Positions 52,502 to 62,900 of a DNA stretch of 64,000 nucleotides are shown piece by piece. Location: contig OZ024743.1 of the NCBI GenBank assembly GCA_964016885.1, forward strand, positions 261,888,001 through 261,952,000. The letters run 5' to 3'. A program made the translations under genes and the position numbers. The notes under the pieces are model-generated. The model had not been told where the DNA came from. It searched no databases and saw only the letters and a list, made by a program, of their open reading frames with translations. The first letter of the stretch is position 1. Every line of letters begins with the position of its first letter. The DNA is from Eledone cirrhosa (lineage: Eukaryota).

Positions 52502-53363
52502 CAGGGTGTGGACGATATTTGTTCGCAATTTTCAACTGCTAATTTTATGCAAATTTTTTTTACTTCCGTTGTCACTCTTGTCTTCATAAAAACAGTGACT
52601 ATATTTCCATTATTTATTTTCAGAATAACTGATTATGAATAATTTTGAACCTCCAAATTTGTGGAAGAGACATGGAGTTCTTCTTGGAATCCGCGCCGGG
52701 AGGACAAATAAGGAAATTTCAGACTTTCTCAGAGTCAGCAGGAGAATGGTGTCTCATCCAAAGACGTGCCCATAGTCATGCAGACAAAGTTTCCAGCAAC
52801 AACATTGGTCTTAGGTGTCGTCATGCCACCTCACTTCTTCTCTGAGGGCCTCAAGCTGAACACCGATGGCTACATCCGCGTTCTGAGCGAGGTAGTAAAG
52901 CCCTGGATCGACCAGGTAGCTGCAGGTAGGCCATACGTATGGCAGCAAGACTCAGCGCCCTGCCATACCAGCTGAAAGACCCAAGCCTGGCTGTCAGAGA
53001 ACTTCGTCGACCACATTTCACCTGACATCTGGCCTCCCAGCTCGCCTGACTGCAACCCCCTCGACTTCTTTGTGTGGGGCGCAGTGGAACGAGACACCAA
53101 CAGATCTAGCTGCAATACAAAAGACGATCTGAAGGCCAGGATCACAAGTGCCTTTAGGGGCCTAAGTCAGGGGACAGTGACGAAAGCCTGTAGCTGCCTT
53201 GAGGCCGTCATCAAAGCCAATGGCGCGTTTATCGAGTGAGATCGAAAGAAAAAAATATGAAGACAAACTGACCCAAGTTTGATAAATATATCTTAAAAAA
53301 TAAAACTACTGTGTTATCTTTTCCTAGACAGTAATCTTGCGAACAAATATCGTCCGCACCCTG
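52502..53363 (+). mobile_element. Tc1/mariner-superfamily DNA transposon, DD37D (maT) type, internally deleted and pseudogenised
   Basis: 27-bp TIRs cagggtg.ggacgatatttgttcgcaa; TA flanks; WQQDSAPCH...WPPSSPDCNPLDFFVWG with 37 positions between the last two catalytic Asp; in-frame TGA. Confidence 0.9.
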
Positions 53364-53383
53364 TATATATATATATATATTTA

Positions 53384-53603
53384 TATTAGGATTGTTGCTC
53401 TGAAATAGCGATGTATACATGAATGTATGCATAGTATATTTGGCAATATACCATATGTTTAATTAAAAACATTTTGAAGACCTTATGCTATCATTTTTAA
53501 AGCAAGGTCTTCAAAATGTTTTTAATTAAACATACGGTATATTCCTAAATATACTATGCATACATTCATGTATACATCGCTATTTCAGAGCACCAATCCT
53601 AAT
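53384..53603. repeat. Long palindrome (~105-bp arms, short loop), with a third partial arm at ~53798-53873
   Basis: tattaggattg.tgctctgaaatagcg...gaagacctt versus aaggtcttc...cgctatttcagagca.caatcctaata. Confidence 0.9.
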
Positions 53604-53689
53604 ACTTATATTTTTGCTGGCACGGCAATCGTTCTGTATAATCAGCTCCTGATTATTACTGGAATTCTATAAGAATCCAGCTTTTATAA

Positions 53690-53778
53690 TTTTCGGCAGA
53701 AGAGGGCAGTACGTAGCTCTGATGATTGCCAACAGCATGAAACAGACTGTTAGCTTCTCCGCCTTCTTTCGCCGAAAA
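53690..53778 (+). ncRNA. Candidate type-I (minimal) hammerhead ribozyme
   Basis: agct-CTGATGA-[t tgc caaca gca t]-GAAA-[cag a ctg]-T-T-agct, closed by a distal stem ttttcggc/gccgaaaa; predicted cut after 53751. Confidence 0.65.
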
Positions 53779-53928
53779 GAAGTGACATAGTCACTACTTT
53801 AAAAATGATAGCGTAAGGTCTTCAAAATGTTTATAATTAAACATACGGTATATTGCCAAATATACTATGCATATGTAGCATATACATACATACATATATA
53901 TACCTTTAATTTATATATATATATATAT

Positions 53929-54252
53929 GGAGGCACATGGCTTAGTGGTTAGAGCATTGGCCTTGCAATCGAAAGGTTGTGAGTTCAATTCTCAGACCAG
54001 GTGATGTGTTGTTTCCTTGAGCAAGTATTTCACATTGCTCCAGTTTACTCAGCTGTAGAAATGAGATGATAGGGGTCCCTATCATTCCACTGCAAAGTGG
54101 TCGTGGAGGTGCCATGACAAAAAAGCACCCAGCACTCACTGTAAATGAAGTTGGTGTTAGGAAGGGCATCCAGCTGTAGAAATCAAGCCAGAATCAGTTC
54201 CCGTCCCACCCTTGCAAGCAGGGAAAAGCGGACGTAAAATGAAATGATGATA
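53929..54252 (+). mobile_element. tRNA-headed SINE joined to an RTE 3'UTR/tail
   Basis: tggcttagtgg A-box, gagttcaattc B-box; 54085-54250 matches the RTE 3'UTR seen elsewhere in the window. Confidence 0.7.
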
Positions 54253-54291
54253 TGTATATACATACGAATTTGTTTTGTTATTTCTGTTTGC

Positions 54292-54336
<45 letters not shown>

Positions 54337-54347
54337 TTTAGTGGGGG

Positions 54348-54620
54348 AGGGTGCTGCCAATAAAAACACGCACCAGTTGAGTTTCATTTCAGTTTCTCAG
54401 AAACACCCCATAAAAGACAAGATTAAGTAAAATAGAACTAAGAGGAGACACAGAGTAACAAGAACAGTCATTAGGGACGTTACAGGATGCGTGACAAAAA
54501 AGCTTTAACAATTAAACAACCATCCGATTACTAAACTAACCGATGGATTAGTTACTCAACTAATAATAAACTGAAGTGAAACTAACTGGTGCGTGTGTTT
54601 TTATTTGCAGCATGACCCTC
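54348..54620. mobile_element. MITE with ~35-bp imperfect TIRs (collapsed relative at ~49919-49980)
   Basis: gagggt..gctgccaataaaaacacgcaccagtt versus aactggtgcgtgtgtttttatttgcagcatgaccctc. Confidence 0.7.
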
Positions 54621-54723
54621 ACAAAGTATGACATTATATATTTCGATACACTATTTCACATCAAGAATCCTGTAAAACAAATACAAAAAAGTATATATAT
54701 ATTGTTAACCTTGACAATAGAAC

Positions 54724-54888
54724 TCGAAATAAGAAAACTAAAATAACTCAAACGATTCACCGGATTCATTGCGTATATATACGTTAGAATTTGGGTTAGA
54801 GTCTCTCTCATCGGATTCTGGGTGTAGCAGAGCATGCGAAATGAATCCGGTGAATACGTCAAGATAATTTTCATTTTCTTATTTCGAG
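54724..54888. repeat. Imperfect inverted repeat just inside intron 1 of the POLR1D-like gene
   Basis: ctcgaaataagaaaa...attcaccggattcatt versus aatgaatccggtgaat...ttttcttatttcgag. Confidence 0.8.
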
Positions 54889-54928
54889 CTTTCTTTATAT
54901 AATTTCTAATATATGTAAACTCACTTAC

Positions 54929-54951
54929 GCATCAAGATCACCATCCGCCAT
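54929..54951 (-). CDS. POLR1D: POLR1D isoform-2-like protein, probable first coding exon (MADGDLD-A)
   Basis: atcATGG start context, |gtaagt donor, phase 2 compatible with 44733-44807; short acidic N-terminus like the vertebrate first exon. Confidence 0.6.
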
Positions 54952-55486
54952 GATGTCATTGACAGACGGTGCTTGATGGAAATATGGCCTCTTTATAAAT
55001 AATTTCCTGTTATTGTATTGCTTTGTTTTTAATAGTTTATATTTTCTTCGGTATTTTTGTCTTTCATTCATATTTCTGCTTTGTCTTTATCCCTCTGCAT
55101 TCGGTAGTTATTTCAATGGCTAAGTTAAGTGGCACTACAACGCTATTAGCTGTCAGTCGAAGCAGCCGATGAAAGCAAAACATCGTTTATTTCCGTATTA
55201 CTACCACGCGTAAGTGGAGTTACTTAAATGAAATTTTTTTTTTTTTCACGCGTTTTTTTATTAAAGCATATAAATGTAAGTGGAGTTACTTAAATGAAAA
55301 TATAGGTGGCCCTTAAAAGGGCCAAATTAGAATATACCGGTGCGTTTTTACTAGTTACACATACACACATATATATATATATATACACACGGTGTCCCCT
55401 CCAAAATATATACACACTTTGATTACTTTGCTGTTGAAGTGTGTATACATTTTTTGCGACACTGTGTTTGTGTATATATATATATA

Positions 55487-58400
55487 TTAGAAAAAGCTAT
55501 CTCACTTACCGCTTTTCATAGGCGCCACTAAACTCCATTGCAGGTTACTCTTCTTCCACGTGCGTCCAACTGCTTAACACCGGGAGCTGCCAAATCTCGC
55601 GTCCACACCGTTGCTGGTCACCACTAGAGAGGCCCTTCTGGTCGAGCACCCTTCCGGCCAAGCACCCTTCCGTCGAGCACTCCCCCGCTTCCGGCCACCG
55701 CACGCCACATCATACCCACACGCCCCCTTGATCTCAAGGATCAATTTCCCCCTCGTCCTTCTGCATATGAAAGTCTGCTGTCCAGGTTGGTGGTTTACGA
55801 CTTCTTTGCGATCGCCGCAGTGTTGGGGCAGCACTTTGGGTTTCCTCTTCCTCGGAGTCCGTTGACACAGTGATTCTACGGACATCCAGGACATGACGTG
55901 GTACTCCATCCACGGACACATTGTTCTGGGAATTTACGGCCGTCACCGTTCCCCTTCCCCATTGCGATGTGCAACGTGCATCTGGGGCTTAACCCAGACT
56001 TCTTCGCCCACCTGCACGAACGCACTCTCTCTTCCCACTGGCCGTTGTGGTGGTGTGCACGGGTGCCGCCACTCGTATCTGAATACTGCTCTGTGTGGCA
56101 CCGATTCCTCGACCTGTCCCACCCGAGAGGACATGTTGTACCAGAACACTGCCTCCATTGGTGAGATGTGGCCCCGCTCCGCCATTGCCTTGATCGTCCG
56201 GTGGTGTTGCTCCACAATTCCATTCCCGCTCGGCCTGTGCGCTGCTCTGAAGAAACGGTCCACCTTCCATCCATCGAGCATCTCCCTCAGCGCCTCCGAG
56301 CGGAACGCTGCGCTGTTGTCCATCAGCAGTTCGTCCACAGGGCCCCGCTCCAAGAACACCTCTCTCAACGTCCGCATGATTTCCTCGGCCGTTCCAGTCT
56401 TCATCTCCCTCCATATCGCCATTCGTCCTGGTCTACAGTCGACCATCGAGAGGTATGTTCCCTGTCGATAGTGCGTTACATCCACCGCCAATCGCTTCCA
56501 GTCGCGATCCACCGGGAGGCTTCCCCTTTCGTGTACACCCGGGGCGGGATCAATGGACTGACATCGGACGCAGCCTCTAACCACCCTTTGAACACTGTGT
56601 CTGTTAACGTCCGAGTCGATTCTCCTGACTAGGAACAGGCTCCTATCCACTCCCATGTGGTGCATGTCATGCAACCCTTTCAGATCCGACTCGGTCAGCT
56701 GACACACGGCAGCTATCTTATCTTCTACCTCCTCCGGAGTTTCCATACAGGCTTTCTTCACCCTAGTTAAGACGTCCGCCCTATTTTTCTCTGAGGGCAC
56801 GAAAATTACGCTCAGCCTCAGGTCGAACTCGGTGACCAGCCCTCCTAAAGTTCCCAGGCGGCGTTTTATCAGCATCTCCGCCGCCCCTCTCGTTCGCACT
56901 CTCTTCTCACTGGTGAGCACTAATCTCACCCATCCGAGTACAGTAGCCGAGTCGGTGCGTATCTCGATGGTGCGCAGTCCCCACCTCAGGGCGAGGTTCA
57001 CCCCTCTCAACACCGCGTCCAACTCGGCCACATTGATATGGTTGCAGTCGTCCTTCTTCCTAAGCCAGGCTGCATTCTCGACCTTAACACCTCCTATCTC
57101 CAACGTGACACCCAGCGCTATGCTGCTGGCATCGCACCATACGGTCCCGCTCTGCGATTTGGGAACATACCAGCGGTCCCCGCACTGAGTCGTCGGCCTT
57201 CACCCTCCCCACGATCTCCTGCATCATGGCCACCGTCCTCTCTCCCACTCTGTCACTCCAAGTCACTCCTCCCGTTCGTCTCTTGACATAGCTGCATGCC
57301 GTCCGGAGCCACCCAGCAATCGGGTAGTGACCCACCAACTTTCCACACATCGAAAAAAGCTCCCGCCTACTCATACTTGGGCCTAGTTCTGGAACTTCAT
57401 TTCCCCTCTGCCGCCGACACCACAGACTCGTCCACTAGGATGTCGTCAATATAGGAGTTAGTGGCCCACCTCATCTTGTCGGCCTTTCCCAGAATGGTCT
57501 TGAGGACCGCCGCCATGATCTTCGGTGCGGAGCTCAGCCCGAAACCGAGCCTGGTCAGGCAATATGTTCGGTCCTTATACCTGACCAGCTGATACTGCCA
57601 GAGCTTCTCATCTATATGCAATTGCAAGTATGTCGACTTTAGATCTACGATTGCTGAACCTCCCGTCATGCGTCTCCACTCACGCAGGGTTTCCCCACAG
57701 ACATCCGTGACCTCGCCACCCGTGTGGCATGACACGTGCTCATTCAGTTCCCGAAAGTCCAGCACCGGCCTCACCTTGTTCTTCGTGGGTTGCGCCACCG
57801 CCATTAACGGCAATACTCCGCACTTCACCTCCTCTTTCCAGGGAAGCAGTATGCCCTGTTCAATCCATCTCTCTACCTCTCGCTCGAACTCGCTCCTAAT
57901 GTTTCCCTTCAATGTGTGTTGTAGCAGCCCACTTTGGTCTTCAGTGTTGGTGGTTCTCCCTTCCAGTACCATTCAACAACCCATCGCTGCCCATCGAACA
58001 CGGCCTTGAAGTCTTTGTCCTGCACAGTGTAAGCGGGGTATTTCTCCTCGTGGGCCTTCTGGTTCTCCTGTCGCGCACTCACAGCGCATACCGATACAGC
58101 GGCGCCAAACGACACACCGACGTTATTCACTGTGACGCCTCCTAGACGGCCAATTGCTTCCATGCCCATAACCACGCCGATCCCATCCACCACGCTGTCT
58201 ACTACGATGGCAGAAAGCCTTATTTTCCTTCCCCGTACCGCTATTTCCATCTCGCTGCGACCTCGGCATTCAATTTTCCTGCCATCGACTGCCCTTACGC
58301 TGCTCTTCCCTCTCCACCTCTGCGCCACCCCCCGCGGTCACCCGTGTCGTCGTACAGCCCGTGTCCACGAGGGCTCGCTGTGGCTTTCCCCTCACGAAGA

Positions 58401-59536
58401 CTTCCACCACGGGCAACGCCTCTACTCGTAAGGGGCAACTACCGGCGCAGTAGTTCCCCTTGGATCGTTTCCCTGGTCGCAGTTAGTAGCGATGTGGCCT
58501 GGTCGCTTACACCGGTAGCATATTATTTCCGGCCTTGACCCTCTACAGTCTCTAGGAATGTGCGGGCCTTGGCACCGAAAACAGCGACCTCTAAGCGTTC
58601 GCGGGCTGTGGTTGCCTCCCTTTCACCATTTCGCTGCCAGCTGTCTTGAGCCTCTGTAGTTGCTATCGCCGCAACACTCTTTTTGGCATCTTCTGCTATG
58701 ATCCGGGCTTGTTCTACCAGTGAAGGCATTTCCATTTCTTTGTAACCCGGGACTTGCTGCAGTTTCATCGCTATGTCGTCAGGAAATCCATTTATGAACG
58801 CCAACCGCACCCTACGTTCGCATTCCACCTGATATCCAGCCAACATGGCCAATCGCCGTATTTCCGCTGCGAAAATGTCGACGCGCTCATCATTCCATCT
58901 AATTCTTGCCAGCTTAGCGAAAGCGGCTAACGGTCCCTCAGCGAATGCGTCTATCATGCGCCTCTCAATCTTTTGCGCATCTCTTTGGCTGTGTTCGTCC
59001 AACTCAAGGAAGAGTACCAACGCGCCCCCCTCGAGGTACAGTGCCATGAGGCTAGCCACATCTATCTTCTGCAAGCTTGCGACCAGCCGAACTTTTCGCA
59101 GCCAAGCGACAACATCACCTTCCCCGGTAAATGCCCTGATAGCTTCGCATGTTCGTAGTCTTGTCGCCATCTTCTGATTTGTCTTGCGGTACGTGATAAA
59201 AAAAAAACAACAGACTCCTCTCTGTTTTTCCAGTAGCTTTTTTTTTTTTTTTTTCAATCAGATCTGTTTCCAGTGCCGAAATAGCTTGTGGTTAGAAAAA
59301 GCTATCTCACTTACCGCTTTTCATAGGCGTCGCTAAACTCCACTGCAGGTTACTCCTCTTCCACGTGCGTCCAACTGCTTAACACCGGGAGCTGCCAAAA
59401 CTCGCGTCCACACCGTTGCTGGTCACCACTAGAGAAGCCCTCTGCTAGCCCTCCCGGTCGAGCATCCTTCCGGCCAAGCACCCTTCCGGTCGAGCACTCC
59501 CCGCTTCCGGCCACCGCACGCCACACCATACCCACA
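55487..59536 (-). mobile_element. LTR retrotransposon copy 2 (same family as 30412-34583); LTRs ~55487-55720 and 59287-59536; decayed; sits in (TA)n
   Basis: Collinear gag, PR, RT, RH and IN ORF fragments; deletion after YIDD; left LTR lacks the terminal tgtgg. Confidence 0.95.
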
Positions 59537-59898
59537 TATATATATTGGGGGAAGGGAGAAATTTTTGGATGCTATACCTGACATAATAAAAAACCAAAAT
59601 ACACCCCTAACATTTGTCGGATTATCAATCACGAGAGTAGATAAATAAATATATAAATACATAAATAAAAAATGATAGAAAAGGAAAAGAAAATCCCTAT
59701 ATTATGTAATATTCCCAGTCACCCCTAAATTTTCCCTAAATTTCAAATCCGGGAGGGAAAAGTCCGAGGGTTAAAATCTCAAATGATGGTACCTCAAATA
59801 CTAGTGTATCCCTTCGCATTACAGTTTAAAGCAATATATATGATCGCTTTGATGACTCTTATTCGTTTCTAAGGGTCTCGTTTTTTTCTCTTATTTCT

Positions 59899-59932
<34 letters not shown>

Positions 59933-60014
59933 AAAATCTTTCCCTCTGTCTATCTCTTTCCCTCTCTGTCTATCTTTTGCCATAAAAACGATAATGATAA
60001 TCAATTCAATTAAG

Positions 60015-60082
<68 letters not shown>

Positions 60083-60106
60083 AGTATTATTATTAAAATT
60101 AAATAC

Positions 60107-60180
60107 CGGCAGAGAGCTTCATCTTCTCCATCATTCGCTCCTCCAGAATCGTAGTACTCGTCGTTATTGTATGTGTGCAT
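60107..60180 (-). CDS. Possible alternative first coding exon of the POLR1D-like gene (MHTYNNDEYYDSGGANDGEDEALC-R)
   Basis: Complex, GC-richer island among microsatellites; ATG, open frame, CG|gtattt donor in phase 2, giving ...EDEALCR-LAVAELL. Confidence 0.4.
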
Positions 60181-61233
60181 TTCTGCGTATATATATATAT
60201 GTGGTGTGTATGTGTTTGTGTGTATATGTATATATGTTTGCGATCGCCACTTTCGCCCTTCGTGAAGAGAATGCTGTGTACGTATGTATATATATATGTG
60301 TGTGCTTGGAATATTTACCAATGGTTGGTATATCGATGAACCTCTGATAGGCTTATACAGAATTAATGGATCTCGTATCGGTTCCTTTCGTTCGATCACC
60401 AAGAACTACCCACACATTTGAATTTATAATGTAAACGGTTAAATAAATGTTTCACAAACACTTGTACTCCCTTACTTTAACATACCCCTCCCCCATATAC
60501 ACATACTATGTGGGCACTCAGTTTGCTAGAAATAACAGCCAATTCTTTCCACCCACCTTAAAAAAAATATTAAGAAAGAACACGATGTCCGATAATGTAC
60601 TTATTAGATACACCTAAAACGACGGGATGGTCGTGGCTGGAATACCGTTGATCATAATGAAATTCTGTGGTTTAGTCAAGGTTGACCTAGGGTTAAACAA
60701 CAACCTTTGCTCCTCAGGTGAAGGGGCCTTACTATCATGGAACGGGAATATTGTGATGGGACCCGACTTTTCCCCGCCCCCTCGGTCTAGCCCCGCAGGT
60801 ACAGTCGAGTCTGCTTAAGAGTATACCCTCGGGAATGGAAAATAGTATACTCTTAACCGAACTATACTCTTATCCGGACTAAGTAAAAATATTCCATAGT
60901 ATTATTATTTTGAGTCTTTCAATGATTAATAATCGCTTTATTATCGTTTAAAATGCAAGTCAACAAAACTCTCTTGCAACATTGTAGAGTGAATGTAAAA
61001 GTTTATAAGCTTCAGCTTTGAGAAACTACTCTCACCATTTTCCATCGATACTGGAAGTGTGAAAAGGATGCTCAATGCAATAGCATCATTTGAGTGATAT
61101 AAACAATTTTCCCGATTTTAGAATTATTCCAGTTTATCATTTTTCCGAACTTACAAAGAAAAAATACGTATAGACGCATTCACATATTTAGAGGTAATAT
61201 CACGTGAACACAATCACGTGACAAATCACATTA

Positions 61234-61323
61234 TTCTTTCAAAAGGAAAAGTTTGGCGCCATTTTTCTTTCAAAAGGAAAAGTTTGGCGCCATTTTTCTT
61301 TCAAAAGGAAAAGTTTGGCGCCA
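61234..61323. repeat. 30-bp tandem repeat, 3 copies
   Basis: ttctttcaaaaggaaaagtttggcgccatt repeated. Confidence 0.9.
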
Positions 61324-61606
61324 AAATTCTCTTAGTGTTGTCTGAAATGTATAGCCTTATACATGCTGAGGAAACGGGGTTATTCCATTTCTGTCAACAA
61401 CTTACTGGCGAAACAGATCTCTTTGGATTTGTACGTGTGTTATATAGTTATAGAGGTATTTATTTACGCTTTAATTTATATTTTTAATTATCGTGTCTAT
61501 AGTCTGCCTTTCATAGGTTATAGATTCCATACACTGGTGGTTTTTCCCTTGTTTTATTGATAACGCACTGTATATCTCTCTCTAGTGTGTTACCTTTTCA
61601 ACATAT

Positions 61607-62277
61607 TGTATTTTAAAGAGCTCAGGATTTCTTCTCCTTTGAGCACATTACTTACAGGGAATGGCGAGGGTCTATGGCTCCGTTAATTTATCGTGATATT
61701 TCGCTCCTTATAACAGTCTTTCCTATCCCTCTGTTTGGTTGAGCACAGTTCTCTGGGTGGTTTGGGGCTGCCCTTTCTAGCAGCTCATCCCTCAGAGGCC
61801 ACTGGTTCACTACACTTAAACACGCTGTGACTTCTCTCTCCCACGTGTAGCTGGACAGTCACTTTTAAAATTCTTATAACAGGATACTGGATTGTATGAC
61901 TATCACAAGACACTAGGTTGTGTATATAAAGTTGAATTAACAATTCGCAGTTATGTAGAATAGTATAGTTGACATGTCAATGAGTAGTAGATGAAAGAAT
62001 GAAGTAAAGTTATTTGTTACCGTTTTGAAGTGAGCTCGCAAGAGACCATGTTAGGGTTGCCAGTCGAACACGCCTGGCCGAAGGGCCAGGCAGGTTAGAG
62101 GAGGGCAAATGAGAGGTAGAGATCGCTCTGAGTATCCCTTTTATAGGGTCTCAAAACGGAAGTGACAAAAGGGGTTCTGCCACCCCAACGGGAAGTAACT
62201 CCAGCTACCTCCTGTCTAGAGAGCGTTAATCTATTGGTGATGTGAGAGTCACAACAAGGGAGCCAACTCTTGCTACA
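61607..62277 (-). mobile_element. TG...CA-bounded solo-LTR-like segment flanked by a 280-bp direct duplication (61327-61606, 62278-62557)
   Basis: ~61874-62277 is similar to the LTR at 18628-18977; the two flanks are near-identical. Confidence 0.7.
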
Positions 62278-62553
62278 TTCTCTTAGTGTTGTCTGAAATG
62301 TATAGCCTTATACACGCTGAGGAACCGGGGTTATTCCATTTCTGTCAACAACTTACTGGCGAAACAGATCTCTTTGGATTTGTACGTGTTTTATATAGTT
62401 ATAGAGGTATTTATTTACGCTTTAATTTATATTTTTAATTATCGTGTCTATGGTCTGCCTTTCATAGGTTATAGATTCCATACACTGGTGGTTTTTCCCC
62501 TGTTTTATTGATAGCGCACTGTATATCTCTCTCTAGTGTGTTACCTTTTCAAC

Positions 62554-62613
<60 letters not shown>

Positions 62614-62630
62614 TGTGTGTGTGTGTATAT

Positions 62631-62900
62631 ATAATAATAAAGAAGAAAGACGGTATCACTTTTTCATCCCTATTTATTTTATTATACTTATTTCGAAGAC
62701 ATATGTCATTTGTATAATATCTGCCCTACGTGTTTTCTTCCGACAAAAATCCATGCAAGATGTAAATATCCGTTGATATGAGATATTCGTTGATATCCGT
62801 TGATATGAGAACACGTAGGGCAGATGTTATACAAATGAAATACGCATAATAAAATAAATAGGGATGGGCAAATGATACCGTCTTTCTTGTTTATTATTAT
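62631..62900. mobile_element. Fold-back/MITE-like element with ~100-bp imperfect arms
   Basis: aagaaagacggtatca...atctgccctacgtgtt versus aacacgtagggcagat...tgataccgtctttctt. Confidence 0.75.

Noticed and set aside
30412-59536. Two LTR elements forming a composite transposon carrying the POLR1D-like gene
   Set aside because: Each copy has its own LTR pair with distinct diagnostic variants and different flanks; independent insertions are the simpler explanation.
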